Shown here piece by piece: positions 1-11,810 of a stretch of 64,000 nt of DNA. The first letter of the stretch is position 1. Every line of letters starts with the position of its first letter. The DNA comes from Leucoraja ocellata (taxonomy: Eukaryota): the NCBI GenBank assembly GCA_036785375.1, contig JAWMAR010000044.1, forward strand, positions 2,852,001 to 2,916,000, given 5' to 3'. The notes under the pieces are model-generated. The model had not been told where the DNA came from. It searched no databases and saw only the letters and a program-made list of their open reading frames with translations. The translations under genes and the position numbers were made by a program.

Positions 1-164
1 ATAAAATTAAGAACCAACTTTTGTAAGTGTAACTTTTGTAAGTCCCGGACATCAGTGCAAAGAGAGTACATTTTACTCAGTTTATGATGATGATTAGAAC
101 CCCACAATAATACCAGCATCCGTAGGCAATCCTAAAATGTAATTCCATGAAGAAATAATACAAT

Positions 165-481
165 ATATCAGGTGGATGCATAGAGTCTCTTGCCCAGAGT
201 AGGGGAATCAAGAAGCAGAGGCCATAGGTTTACGGTGAGGGGGGGAATGATTTAATAGGAAACTGCGGGTAACTTTTTCACACAACGGGTGGTGGGTGTA
301 TGGAACGAGCTGTTGGAGGAGGTACTATTGCAACGTTTAAGAAACATTTAGACAGGTACATGGATAGGACAGTTTTAGAGAGATATGGGCCAAATGCTGG
401 CAAATGGACTAGCGTAGATGGGACATGTTTGCCGGTGTGAGCAGGTTGGGCTCTGGCCTCTTTCCATGCTCTATGATTCTA
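165..481 (+). mobile_element. CR1/HER1-type LINE 3' end fragment
   Basis: Typical CR1 ORF2 C-terminal/3'UTR sequence (...aactttttcacacaacgggtggtgggtgtatggaacgagctg...) ending in a ctatgattcta tail. Confidence 0.8.
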
Positions 482-933
482 ATCAAATTAGTGCTCTGTA
501 CACAGTATTTCTCTGATATTCTGTGTTTCAGTAAATATATCACTCACTTTGCTTTCAAAACGCCCTTTATCTGCTGGTCAATCATATTCTAAAGATCCTC
601 CGGCATTTTGTATTTTGCTTAACCATTGGAACATTATTTGATGTCACTGCGCATGTCCAGGTGCCTCCCGTGTGTCTGCATATTACATGCACAAAGACTA
701 GCAAACTGGGTCAAACACTTGCTGAGCTATGTGAAACAATTTCCAGACCATGTTTCATTTATATTTCACTAATAACCTTCATCAGACTATTCAGCCCTCC
801 TTTTGACTTCCTCCACATCTTCTGTACAATATCACTGCTGGAGATCCAGACAGCACTAGCCCATGCCTGACTTTCTTCAAATCAATGAATTTCTCTCCCA
901 CAGAAGGTAGGGATGTTTGTTGAGCAATTGTTA

Positions 934-1420
934 AGGGCCTGTCCCACTTAGGCTATTTTTAGGCGACTACAGGGGACTAGGCTGTGGCCACATGGTCACC
1001 AGAATGTCGCCTCAGTCGCCCAAAGAGTCGTAGTCGTAACGTATTTCTGGTCGCTGCTGGATTCTCACAATACGTTCAAACATTTTTGGTGACAGTCAGC
1101 AACCAGTGGGCTTGAAGCCAATGAGCGTAGCTTGACTTCTCCTGATGTAGGTGCTGTCGTAGGTTGTCGCCAGGATGACGAAGGTTATCGCCGGTGCTGA
1201 GTTTGGCGAATTCCATTGGCGACTACCTACGTCAACCTACGTCAACCGCGACTGAATTGTCTTCAGTTGTTGCTGACGGGAGTCGTAGCTTGTCACGGGG
1301 TGGACGTAGGTTGTCGTAGGTGTGGTCGTAGGTGGACGTCCTAATGGGTCGCCGGTTGTCGGTAGATTGCCGTAGCTTGGCATCGTCTAGGTGGTAGGTT
1401 GTTGTTGCTTGTCGTAGACA
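934..1420. mobile_element. PIF/Harbinger-like non-autonomous DNA transposon, one end only
   Basis: TTA followed by TIR agggcctgtcccactt. Interior of (gtcgtag)-like repeats is homologous in reverse to the element at 50375-50978. No second TIR seen. Confidence 0.6.
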
Positions 1421-1518
1421 CACAGTGGAGGCATCTTCAGTCTCCCTAACCACTGACCACCACCACCCAGGAAAACATACGAAACAATGAGCAGGGAGCA
1501 TTCCCACCTGCAGCTCCT

Positions 1519-1618
1519 CAGTCTGAAGAAGGGTCTTGACCTGAAACGTCACCCGTTCTTTATCTCCAGTGATGCTGCCTGATCCGTTGGGTTACTCCAG
1601 CATTTTGTGTCTATCTCC
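1519..1618 (+). mobile_element. Penelope-derived short unit with minimal hammerhead motif
   Basis: gtCTGAAGAa-GGGT-cttg-ACCT-GAAAcgTC-acc at 1521-1553, followed by the conserved gatgctgcctga...ttactccagcattttgtgtc body. Confidence 0.8.
1523..1550 (+). ncRNA. Minimal type I hammerhead ribozyme motif
   Basis: Core CUGAAGA, one extra A, 4-bp stem II, GAAA, palindromic ACGU helix III, cleavage triplet GUC. Confidence 0.7.
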
Positions 1619-2114
1619 ATTCACATAACTTTGTGATTTGGAAGTATGAAGCCATTGCTCATCACTGGCGGTTTTCATTAATGGAACTCCCTACTGAATA
1701 GCAACATGGGATCACTTTTACCACAAAGACTACAGTGTTTCACCACCGCAGTCCTTCCCAAGGACAATTAGAGGTGGAAAATAATTGTAGCCATAACTGC
1801 ATTACCTAAACAGATTTTTTTTTTTTTGGAAACTTAATATCAACATATTTGACCAAGATCTTAATCATCTGTATTTCTAAACATGCTTTTGGCTTAGTTT
1901 CTATGATTTCCTTACGTCTCATCTCAGTATCTTCAAATATTTTCCTACGGTAAGTGTATAAAATAAGTACAAATTATTGTTTTGTCCATCAGCAGAGAGG
2001 ATTTTAATTGAGAGAAGGCATTTGATTCGGGTCTCTCGAATGACATTACTTGAATTACAGGTCAATAATGCACTGCAAGGTCTGGGAAAAGCTGGTCCAT
2101 TGATTTCTCTTTCC

Positions 2115-2372
2115 CAGCGCCAGAGACCCGGGTTTGATCCTGACTACGGAGCTATCTGTGTGGATTTTGTACGTGCTTGCTGTGACAGCGTGGGTTTTCT
2201 CCGGGTGCTCCAGTTTCCTCCCGCACTCCAAAGATGTGCAGGTTTGTAGGTTAATTGGCTCCAGTAAAATTTGTACAGTGTCCCTAATGTGTAGGAAAGT
2301 GCTAGCGTATGGGTGGTCACTGGTAGGCGTGGACTCGGTGGGCCGAAAGGTTCCACGCTGTATCTCTAAAGT
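2115..2372 (+). mobile_element. HE1/V-SINE (5' truncated)
   Basis: B-box-like ggtttgatcc, V-domain (gtgggttttctccgggtgctccagtttcctccc), CR1-like tail ctgtatctctaaa. Confidence 0.85.
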
Positions 2373-2460
2373 CTTCGCTGGTTCCAGAGTGAGAATATGT
2401 GTCTTGAGAAGATCAATAAACAAACTGTCATTAAAAGCTTTTGTTTACTAAAGTATACTG

Positions 2461-2686
2461 GAGGAAGGAAATGCAGATGCTGGCTTAAAGCAAAGATAGA
2501 CACAATAAGTTGGAGTAACTCAGCAGGTCAGACATCATCTCTGGAGGAAAGGAAAAGGTGACGTTTCGGGTCAAGATCCTTCTTCAGACAGCGAGAAGTC
2601 TTGACCCGAAACGTCACCTATTCCTTTTCTCCAGAGATGCTGCCTGACCCGCTGAGTTACTCCAGCCTTTTGTGTCTATCTTCAGG
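2461..2686. mobile_element. Inverted pair of Penelope-derived units; hammerhead motif on minus strand at 2560-2587
   Basis: Left arm ~2493-2575 is the imperfect reverse complement of right arm ~2599-2683. Minus arm reads gtctgaagaaggatcttgacccgaaacgtcacc. Confidence 0.85.
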
Positions 2687-2744
2687 TTCACTTGTATCCC
2701 TATCATTGACTGAGATTGAAAATTGTAACAAGAATGGCAGGAAT

Positions 2745-3085
2745 ACATTATGATACAATGATACGATACGATAGAACTATTTATCCCAGGAGGGAAATTC
2801 ATTTGCCGTCATAAAAAAACACAAAATACATGAAACATGAAATTAAAGTGACGAGTGGAAAGGCTTTGGGGATGTGCAAAGATTGAGGAGGTGGGGGATG
2901 GGGTGGGGGGTCAGTCTTAGTCTACCCCATGACAAAAGAGGAGGAGTTGTAAAGTTTGATAGCCACAGGGAAGAAGGATCTCCTGTGGTGTTCTGTCCTG
3001 CTTCTTGGTGGAACCAATCTGTTGTGGAAGGTGCTCCTTAGGTTGACCAGTGAAGCACATATCTGCAATGGACAACCAGTTTGAG
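2745..3085 (-). mobile_element. Rex1/Babar-type LINE 3' fragment
   Basis: (acgat)n tail. Same family as 43650-44040, which encodes ...FSNRLVPPRC...RRSFFPVAIKLYN. Confidence 0.75.
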
Positions 3086-3353
3086 TAGACAATTGCTGAG
3101 TGGGCCTCCTCTGTTTTTGCTGGGGAGCTTTAGCCGTTGTGGCAAGTAATGAATGTCCACTTGGTAATCATGTGCATCGTCCCATCTGCGCCTGCATAAT
3201 TCCAAGTTTGCTGACGAGACACAAAATCTCAGTGAGATTATGACTACAGAGGAGGTGCGAACATTTTTTAGACTTTCGTCTTTAGAGATACAATTTGAAA
3301 ACACGTACTTCAGTCCACTGAGTCCATGCTGACCAGCGATCACCTAGTACACG

Positions 3354-3494
3354 TCTTCTTCTTGCGTATGGCGTGCACAGCCTAAAGATGCAGGCCAACT
3401 TGTTCTATTTGATCTTATTTGATTGTGCACGCTGGGTTGATTGCATTGGTCAATAATCAGGGCGGACCACGTGAAGGTTGCAATCTCCCACCCC
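3354..3494 (-). mobile_element. Short non-autonomous element with 5' HDV-like ribozyme and Vingi-like (AAG)n tail
   Basis: TSD acctagtacac (3342-3352) / acctagcacac (3495-3505). 3' end reads ccatacgcaagaagaaga. Internal 9-bp inverted repeat at 3371-3379 / 3424-3432. Confidence 0.8.
3439..3494 (-). ncRNA. HDV-like (CPEB3-type) self-cleaving ribozyme with minimal P4
   Basis: GGGGTGG-GA-GATTGCA-ACC-TTCACGT-GGT-CCGCCCT-GATTATTGA-CCAA-TGCAATC gives a 7-bp P1 with G1.U wobble, a 7-bp P2, a 3-bp P3, a 7-nt L3 and a C-N-A-A J4/2. Confidence 0.8.
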
Positions 3495-4979
3495 ACCTAG
3501 CACACTAACTCTAATCTACACACAATTTTACAATTCTACCGAAGCTAATTAACCTACAAACCTGTACGTGTTTGGAGTGTGGGAGGAAACCGGAGCACCC
3601 GGGGCCAACCCACAAGGTCACGGGGAAAATGTACAAACTCCATACAGACAGTACCCGTAGTCAGAATCGAACCCGGGTCTCTGGCGGTGTAAGGCAGCGA
3701 CTCTACTACTGCGCCACCACTTTCTAGCCATTCCCTCCACAGATGCTGCCTTACCCCTGAGTTACTGCAACACTCTATATATCACCACAGATTCCAGCAT
3801 CCGCTGTTCTTTGTGTAGTCAGCATCCTTTTCAATTTAATAGGGGGGTAAATGGGACTGATGTAGATTGACATCATAGTTGGCACAGAAGAAGTGAGACA
3901 AGATGGCCCATTTTCGTGCTATGTAATTCTATGATCATAGAACAGCCAGTGAATATCTAAAGCATTGATGGAAATCTGTCTGAACACAAAATCCATTTGG
4001 AGTTATGCCTGGGCTGAACAATAAGGCTCAACTTCAGATATAAAACAAAGCATTAAATTGACAACTCGCTGCACTGATCAAACCAGTAACCATGAGTAAA
4101 TTAGTAGTTCTGCTTAATGTGTAAAAACCTTCTTATTTCATTGTCTGCTGCCATGAATGATGAAAGATGGCATTTATTGCTTCGAATTAAAAGGTAGTGG
4201 CAGCTGTTTATGAGAGCTTTTGTTGTTAGAAGAGGCAGAAATCATTGTTTGAGGTGGTACTGACTGAACTTAATATGATAATTGAAAATTCCAGCATTTA
4301 ATAAAGATCACACCTGCTGGTTCACTGTTCTGTTCACTTATAAGCCATTTGCAACTTAAGCAAAAAAAAAAAATTAACTCTAAAAGTATTCACGGCCCGT
4401 ATTTTGTTGCCAAAGAGCTGGCCAGTATGATGGGTTGTCTCATTATTCATGAGGTAATTGACCTGCATCGTGCAAGAAACACAATACACTCAACATTTGT
4501 AAAGATGAGGGAAATTCCCTAATACAGAGGTAGATTTTAAGATATTCTCCTTGAACAAGAATGTTGTGATATCACACTTGTTGATGCTAATTTGATTCTG
4601 CTTGACCAATTTTGGGCAATCTGATTCAACTTTCAAATGACCAAATATATCTACAGTTACCTGCATGTTAGTTATTATGTCATTGTTACCTTTGCATTGA
4701 TGGAGTTGCTATGTTACTCTAAGAACCTGTGTCATGTAATTAACCATTGAATGTACCATACTTCAACTCAGTTGGAGAGTTTGTAACTACTGATCAAAAC
4801 ATGTATACTTGATGCTCCCAGCTAAATGAATTGCATAATTCTGCATCTGACTGACTGATTGATTGATTGAAAGATAAGGATACAGGTGGAACACAGTCTC
4901 CTTGGCTCACCATATCCAAACCAAGCATCAATCACCCGGTCACACTAGTTCTATATCGTCCAAAAAAAAAGCATAGTGG

Positions 4980-5292
4980 CGGCACAGTGGCGGCACAGTG
5001 GCGCAGCGGTGGAATTATTTGCTGCCATACAGGGCCTGGATTGATGGGTTTGATCCTGACGACAGGAGCTGTCTGTACAGACTTTGAACATTCTCCCTGT
5101 GACTGCATGGGTTTTATCTGGGTGCTCTGGTTTCCTCCCATGTACAGGTTTGTAGGTTAATTGGCTTCGGTAAAACTGTTAAATTTCCCTTGCGTGTAGG
5201 TTAGTATTGGTGCATGGGTGACCGTTGGTCAGTCTGGACTCAGTGGGCCGAAGGGCCTGTTTCTAAGCTGTATCTCTAAAGTCTAGTCTAAA
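4980..5292 (+). mobile_element. HE1/V-SINE
   Basis: A-box head ggcacagtggcgcagcggt, V-domain, tail ctgtatctctaaagtctagtcta. Confidence 0.85.
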
Positions 5293-5359
5293 CGCACAAA
5301 TTGCTGGAGTACTTTGTGCCTTTCTTTTGTAAACTAGCATCTGCAGATCCTTGTGACTA

Positions 5360-5550
5360 TGTTATCCCAGTTTTCCATGATCCACTCCCTACACAAAAAG
5401 AGCAATTCAGGAGGCCTAATAACCTACAAACCGACTGACTTTGGGATGTAGGGGGGAACTGGATTACCTCGAGGAAACCCAGGTGGTCACAGGGCAAATG
5501 TGGAATTCACACAGACTGCACTCAATGTCAACATGGAACTGGGTCTGCAA
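5360..5550 (-). mobile_element. Diverged HE1/V-SINE fragment
   Basis: Degenerate reverse V-domain (aacctacaaacc...gaggaaacccaggtggtcacaggg). Confidence 0.6.
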
Positions 5551-5862
5551 GTCTTTTCCCAACACTTTCCTGCACCTTCACGATTCTTGCTCACTTTCCT
5601 TACTTCTTTTATTTCTATCTTTTTTAAAGCTCGAAAAACGAAGTGGTACAAGTGGTCTAGCACTGCAAGACCAATGGTGATGAGGATGGATACCTACTGG
5701 AGGGAGATTTTGCCAAATCTGCCTCTTAAGGAAAGCATTGTAAAACAGAAGGACCCATCCCTGAATAATAAAGATGCTGCAGGTGTAAAAAGCGATCAAG
5801 ACATTTGGCAGAAACAGAACAAATTGGGTACGTTGGAATATTGGTAAATATGAAATATGAAG

Positions 5863-6152
5863 GGGCAGCACGGTGGTGCAGCAGTAGAGTTGCTGCCTTA
5901 CAGCGCCAGAGACCCAGGTTTGATCTTGATTACGGGTGCTGTCCGTATGAGTTTATACGTTGGGTGGCTTTACTCCGGGTGCTCCTGTTTCCTCCCACAG
6001 TCCAAAGATGTACAGGTCTGCAGGTTAATTGGCTTCGGTAACATTGTAAATCATCCCTTGTGTGTGCGATAGTGCTAGTGTATTGGGATTGCTGGGCAGC
6101 GTGGACTCGGTGGGCCAAAGGGTCTGTTTCAACTCTGAATCTCTAAACTAAA
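5863..6152 (+). mobile_element. HE1/V-SINE
   Basis: tRNA head, V-domain, tctctaaactaaa tail. Confidence 0.85.
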
Positions 6153-6904
6153 AGTGTTTAGTATTTATCGTGAATGACTGGATCTGTTCTTCAATGCAAG
6201 TACTTTTTTGGTAAACAAAACGGTGCCAGTATGCACATAAATGTTCACACCAAACCATGGGTTGCTGTACATCAATCTAGTCTTTAATTGTTTAGAGGTA
6301 TCGGTACGTTGTACCACCACATACCCTCACCAAAAAAGCAGAGATCAAAGCCAATAACATTGTCAATGTTCTGAAGAACAACATGCAGTAACCTGTGTCC
6401 AAGAAGATCCAAAGGGATATTGAGGTGAAACATATTCACTTATTGTCACATTGTGGTGCAGTTGATGTCTTGTTTGAAGATGAGGTTGAAAAAATAAACT
6501 CATACTTCAACCTAGCATCATCTAAAACATTTGAAAGCGATAGGTTTCCTGCACTTGTGAAAATGCTGGAGGAACAACTGACAATTACATTGTGACTTTG
6601 AGAGACTTACCAAGACAAATAACAGGGCAACTGGAAAAATGCAGAGCAGGGCTGAGGCACAGCAAGGACCCAGTGGGCTGAATGGCCTCCTCTTGTGTTG
6701 TAATAAATATGTATCTGAGGAGCAGGTGAGGTTATAGTTTGGTTGATGAATGAATACATTCTCAGCTCTTTAACCTTCTAGACTTACTTTTGGAAAGGTA
6801 AGTAGAATTGCCATTACAATGGAAATGGAATTGAATAATGCAAACATGTTTAAATTAATTCAAGACATAGGGAGAAAATGATTATACAATCTTGATGTAG
6901 ATAG

Positions 6905-7350
6905 CAGTGCCATAGAGCCATTGGGCAAAACAGCACAAAACCAGCCATTTGGCCCACCTATTCCATGTCGATTAAATTGGCATGCTGGGATTGTCCCATT
7001 TGCTTGCAATTTGCCCATATCCCTCTAAACTCTCCCTAATCAGATATCTGTCCAAATGTCTTTTAAAAGTCATAATTGTATCCACTTCTATAGCTTTCTA
7101 TAGAAGCGCATTCCAGATACGGACTTCCCTCTGCATGAGAAGGTTGCCCCTGAGGTTCCTCTTAAATTCCTCCCCTCTTATGTCTCTTTTTTTTAGAATC
7201 CTCCACCCTGGGAATACGACTACAAGCGCTCACTTCATTCATGCTCCTCATCATTCTTGTGCATATCAATAAGGTCTCCCTCAGCCTTCTGTGATCCAAA
7301 AAAAAGTCCCAGCCTGTCCAAATTTTCCCAATTACACAAGCCCGCTAGTC
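6905..7350 (-). mobile_element. CR1/HER1 LINE 3' fragment
   Basis: Reverse CR1 3' end; the ORF track shows ...NLDRLGLFF...GDLID. Confidence 0.75.
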
Positions 7351-7509
7351 TCTTGGTCTCCCTTTGCTCCTGTGGTCTGTTAGACGTGGGCTCTGAATGG
7401 TATCTGTGCTGTGCCCTACAGAAATACCACTGAGCCCCTTCCCTGATGGTTGTTGAAAAAGGAGGAGGGGCATTATATGACCAAACAGGTTGGACTGATA
7501 ATATGCAAT

Positions 7510-7580
7510 AGATCGAACCCGGGTCTCCGGCGTTACAAGCGCTGTAATGCAGCAACTCTACCGCTGCGCCACCATGCCGC
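7510..7580 (-). mobile_element. V-SINE tRNA head fragment
   Basis: gatcgaacccgggtctccggcg...ctctaccgctgcgccaccatgccgc. Confidence 0.75.
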
Positions 7581-7596
7581 ACAGATTTAAGTAATG

Positions 7597-7728
7597 AAGT
7601 CTGAAGAAGGGTGCTGATGTGCAACATTGTCTATCCATATCTTCCAGAGATGCTGCCTGACCCACTGAGTTACTCCAGCACTTTGTGTTTTGCTCAATAT
7701 TCCAGTATCTTCAGTTTCTTGCTTCTCT
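7597..7728 (+). mobile_element. Penelope-derived unit with degenerate hammerhead
   Basis: gtctgaagaagggt followed by a mutated core, then gatgctgcctgacccactgagttactccagc. Confidence 0.7.
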
Positions 7729-7791
7729 ATATTCATGGTCACCGTTACTAATGTTGGTTTTTAATTCATAATTTCTTTAATTTCTTAAATC

Positions 7792-8095
7792 TGGGCGGCA
7801 CGGTGGAGCAGCGGTAGATTGCTGTCTTACAGCGCTTGCAACGCCAGAGACCTGCATTCGATCCCAACTATGGGTGATGTCTGTACGGTGTTTTTTACGT
7901 TCTCCCCGTGACGGTGTGGGTTTTCTCCTTGATCTTCGGTTTCTTCCTACACTCCAAAGACATACAGGTTTGTAGGTTAATTGGCTTGGGTTTGTATACT
8001 TGGTATACGTGTAAATTGTCCATAGTGTGTGTAGGATAGCGTTAATGTGCGGGAATTGTTGGTCGGCGCGGACTCGGTGGGCCAGAGGGCCTGCT
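7792..8095 (+). mobile_element. HE1/V-SINE
   Basis: gggcggcacggtggagcagcggtag head and V-domain. Confidence 0.85.
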
Positions 8096-8343
8096 TCTGG
8101 CAGCATCTCTGTAGAAAGTGGATTGGTGACGCCATGGATCGGGACACTTTATCAAACGGTTGCAACTAACTTTGCACTATTACAGTTTATCTGAGGAACT
8201 CGTTAATAATAAATAATGTTGCTGGATGAAAATGTAGTTTCCACTGTAGTATTCCGGCACCAGCATCAAAAACTGATGAATAATCAAGTTATCTTCTCTG
8301 TCCTAAAAACTTATCTTTGACTCATTCCTTACAACAGCAACCT

Positions 8344-8400
8344 TCCCTCCCCCTCCCCCTCCCCCTCCCCCTCCCCCTCCCCATCCCCCTCCCCATCCCC
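8344..8400 (+). repeat. (CCCCCT)n / (CCCCAT)n microsatellite
   Basis: Read directly; G4-capable on the minus strand. Confidence 0.9.
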
Positions 8401-9084
8401 ATTGTAACAGAAGAACATGTTATCATTTATTGCACTTGTCCAAGCCCTCTCTAACTGAACCTGCCAATTTAATGCCAAATTAGAAGCAGTTTTGGGTAAC
8501 AGAATAAATTTATAGAGATGGACAGTCACCATCTGTGAGGCACAAGTGGGGAACCGCTATTCCTAAAAGCTGCTCAACCAGGTTGATTCCTCTCTCACAC
8601 ACACTACACCTATTGTCCCACCTGATTTCTGATCATTCTCTACGCAGCTGCTCAGAGACCCTCCTCTTTTGGAAGAGCTGAGCCAATACCTACAATACAA
8701 TACAGACCAGCTGTTTAATAAATGACCTACCTACCATCAGCCGGGTGCAGTTGTGACTCCGCTGGGTAACATTGATCCAATCTGCCTGCTCTGGTCAGGA
8801 ATTTAAAGAAAGAGGAATGATTACCAATGACTGCAAAATAAAGGCATAATTTTTGGGGAACCCATTAGAGCTCGTAAGACTACATCTGAATTATCCGCTC
8901 CAGCTACCAGTATCTGTAAACCATTCATCTCTTGGTGTTTAATAGATTTGTTTCAATTTAAATCAGGGTTTTACTACTTTTAGACAGAGCTTGTTTTTAT
9001 TATAACTCTTAAATATGTTGAAACACATTGTTAATTAAATGGCAGTGCATAAATGCATGCATTTGCTATTTTTGTCAGAAGTGT

Positions 9085-9470
9085 AAACATAGAGAACATA
9101 GACCAGTGCTGCTCAGGTTCAGGCCCTTCAGCCCACAATGTCTGTGCTACACATGATGCCAAATTGAACGTATCCCTTCTGCCTGCACATGATCCATATA
9201 CCTGTTCCCTGCATATTTATGTGCCTTTCGAGAAGTGTCTAAAATGCCATTATCATACCTGTTTACATAATCACCCTTGCTGACACATTCTATGTGTAAG
9301 GATCTTGCCCTGCACATCTCCTTTAAACTACCCCCCCTCGTGCTTTGAAGCTATACTCTCTAGTGTTTGACATTCTAATCTAGGAAGGTTCCAACTGTCT
9401 GCTATATCTAAACTTTGATTAGAAGTTTATGAACTTTCATTAGATTTCTCCTCAGCTTCTGATGGTCCAG
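9085..9470 (-). mobile_element. Diverged CR1 3' fragment
   Basis: aacatagagaacatag tail and caggcccttcagcccacaatgtc. Confidence 0.65.
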
Positions 9471-10568
9471 AGTTTATGCAAATGTTCTTAAAAAAGAACA
9501 AGTCACACAATAAACACAAATGCAACTATTGTCCACTTTGAATTTCAGAGTTTATGACCTTGTGCCGTCTCTCATGCCTGATGTACAACCCTAAGCAAGA
9601 ACTGGGTTATCAGTCCATACAGAAATTTTGTTATTTGGCAGATACAATGTGGAAGAGACAAATTCAGGATAGTAACGAACATCCCAACTATATTTTCTAC
9701 CTTTATTTATTTCTCATGTGCTCTGGATATGAACTGAAACAATAACATTCCTACTTGCTATAGGTTTACAGGCACATTAGACACTACAATAATAATAACT
9801 GCAATAAATGATCAGTTATTCTAAGTAAACCAGATGATGAAAGCACAAAACCCGAGGAACAGACAAACTATGGTAGAACAAAGTCTGTATTGGTTTGATG
9901 CTGGTAGGATTTTGTTTAAGGTTGTGCAGGATGGTTTAAGGGTCATATGGTGGATGGGAAGAAGCTGCTCTAAAACCTGAGTGTTTCTCAGGCTTCTGTA
10001 CCTTCCTCCCAGTGGTAGCAGATAGACGAGAATGTGGCCAGAGTGCAGTGAGTCTATGATGATAACAGCTGCCTAATTGAGAACATTGAGTTTGTGGGTC
10101 AACAGGTCCAGAACGAGGCATCAGTGGAGTGGGCCGCTGGAGGCCCTGCAGCAGCCTGAGGCTCGAGTGAATCAGATGCCGCTCCAAGAGGCCAAGCATA
10201 TGGGGTGGACGTGGCTTGCAGCAGCTCAGAGTGGCGGAGCAGTGGTGGTGGACATCAACAACACTCCTGGGCAGACCAATCCTCCAACTCCGACCCAGTG
10301 TACCCACCAGGACAATGGGCCCTCATGGCCAAGTTAAGACTCTACATTTAAGACTCTACAACAAAATGGTGCTGGCCATGCAATATGGCAAATCTTGTGC
10401 ACTGTCTCAGCATAATCTACTATTCCTACACTCTTGTACTTAAGTATGACTCTGCCTATGTATACAAGATTTTTACTGAACTCTATGCAAAAAATAATTT
10501 TCACTGGACCGAGGGCACTTCCTGTAGATCACTGATGATGGTGAGATCAGTCCTCGTGATGGATCAAC

Positions 10569-10913
10569 AGGAAGGCAACCTCATCTGCATTACACAGCTA
10601 CATCTCTTCACCAGATAAAAACTGTCCAGGGTCTGACCTCCCCAGAGGAGCATGAGTGAAGCTCAACAGACTTTGTACTGGAGTTGGGCGTTTCAATGCC
10701 AGCATGTGGAGATGGGGGCTCCACCAGAGCCCAGCCTGTGAATGCGGAGCAGAACAACAGACAGCCAACCATGTCATCTCTGGGTGCCCGCTCTACCACC
10801 CACCAAATGGAGCTCAGGGCCTGGCAGACATTGACGCAGAGGCAACAACCTGGCTGCTCAACACCCGGCTTGAGATCTAACTTTGGTTTATGTTTCAGTT
10901 GCAAGAAGAAGAA
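10569..10913 (+). mobile_element. Vingi (Ingi-group) LINE, 5'-truncated
   Basis: ORF ...KLNRLCTGVGRFNASMWRWGLHQSPACECGAEQQTANHVISGCP... (CCHC-like C-terminus), stop at 10880, (AAG)n tail. TSD gatggatcaac at 10558-10568 / 10914-10924. Confidence 0.8.
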
Positions 10914-11509
10914 GATGGATCAACCAATGTCCAACACTTTCTACAGTCTAGCGTCTTAAATACCGAACCAGGCCGTGATTCAACCAATCACCATGCCCGC
11001 CTCTGTTCACCTGTAGGTTCAATTTTAACATTATACATTTTTTAAATTCCTTATAGATATATATTTCATGCTTAAAATCGTAATGGTATGAATTCCCTGT
11101 CAGGAGCCAGCTTCATTGTCTATGTATATTTTTATTCAAAGTTGCCTTGACTAGGTGGTGTTCTTCCTAAGCTTCTGGTAAAGATTAGATGCTACTGAGT
11201 GGCTTGCAAAGTCACTCCACATGGATGTCAAGGGTCAGTGGCATGGTGTGAGATTAACATCACAGGCTAGGTATGGACATCAAGTTTCCATTTCTGAAGG
11301 ACTTGAGTCAATCTGTCAGGCATTCATGACAATGGTTACTTTTTAGTGGTAAAGACTTCTCAAAAATCCAGTTGTGTTAAGAAATTCATACACCTTATTT
11401 GAGAATCGAACTTGCTTTCACTGGACTAATTGACCAGTAACCCAATCACATTGCCAATGTTCCACACATGCACACAAAAATGCACATTTAAATAGAGTTT
11501 GGAATGTAC

Positions 11510-11810
11510 ATATTAGAGTCATTCAGCACAAAAATATGCCTTTCGGCCCAACTCATCCATGCTGACCATCTAAGCTAGTCCCATTTGCCTGCATTTGACC
11601 CATATCCCAGTAAATCTTTCCTATCCACGTACTTGTCCAAGTGTCCTTTAAATGCTGTCATAGTATCTTGCTCAACCACCTCCTCTTTCAGCTCGTCTCA
11701 TATGACCACTACATCTGAGTGAAAAACCTGCCCCTTAGGTTCATATTAAACCTTGCCCCCCCCCCCCTTAAAGATTTGCCCTCTTAGTTTTGATTCCCAT
11801 ACCCTGGGTT
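11510..11810 (-). mobile_element. CR1 3' fragment
   Basis: ggcccaactcatccatgctgacc...tttcctatccacgtacttgtcc. Confidence 0.75.

Larger units (their letters stand above)
3268..3718 (-). mobile_element. HE1/V-SINE interrupted by a ribozyme-headed element
   Basis: tRNA head and V-domain at 3540-3718, tail at 3268-3352, split by the insertion at 3354-3494. Confidence 0.85.

Noticed and set aside
5500-5847. 115-aa ATG-initiated ORF
   Set aside because: Starts inside a diverged SINE; no domain similarity or splice support
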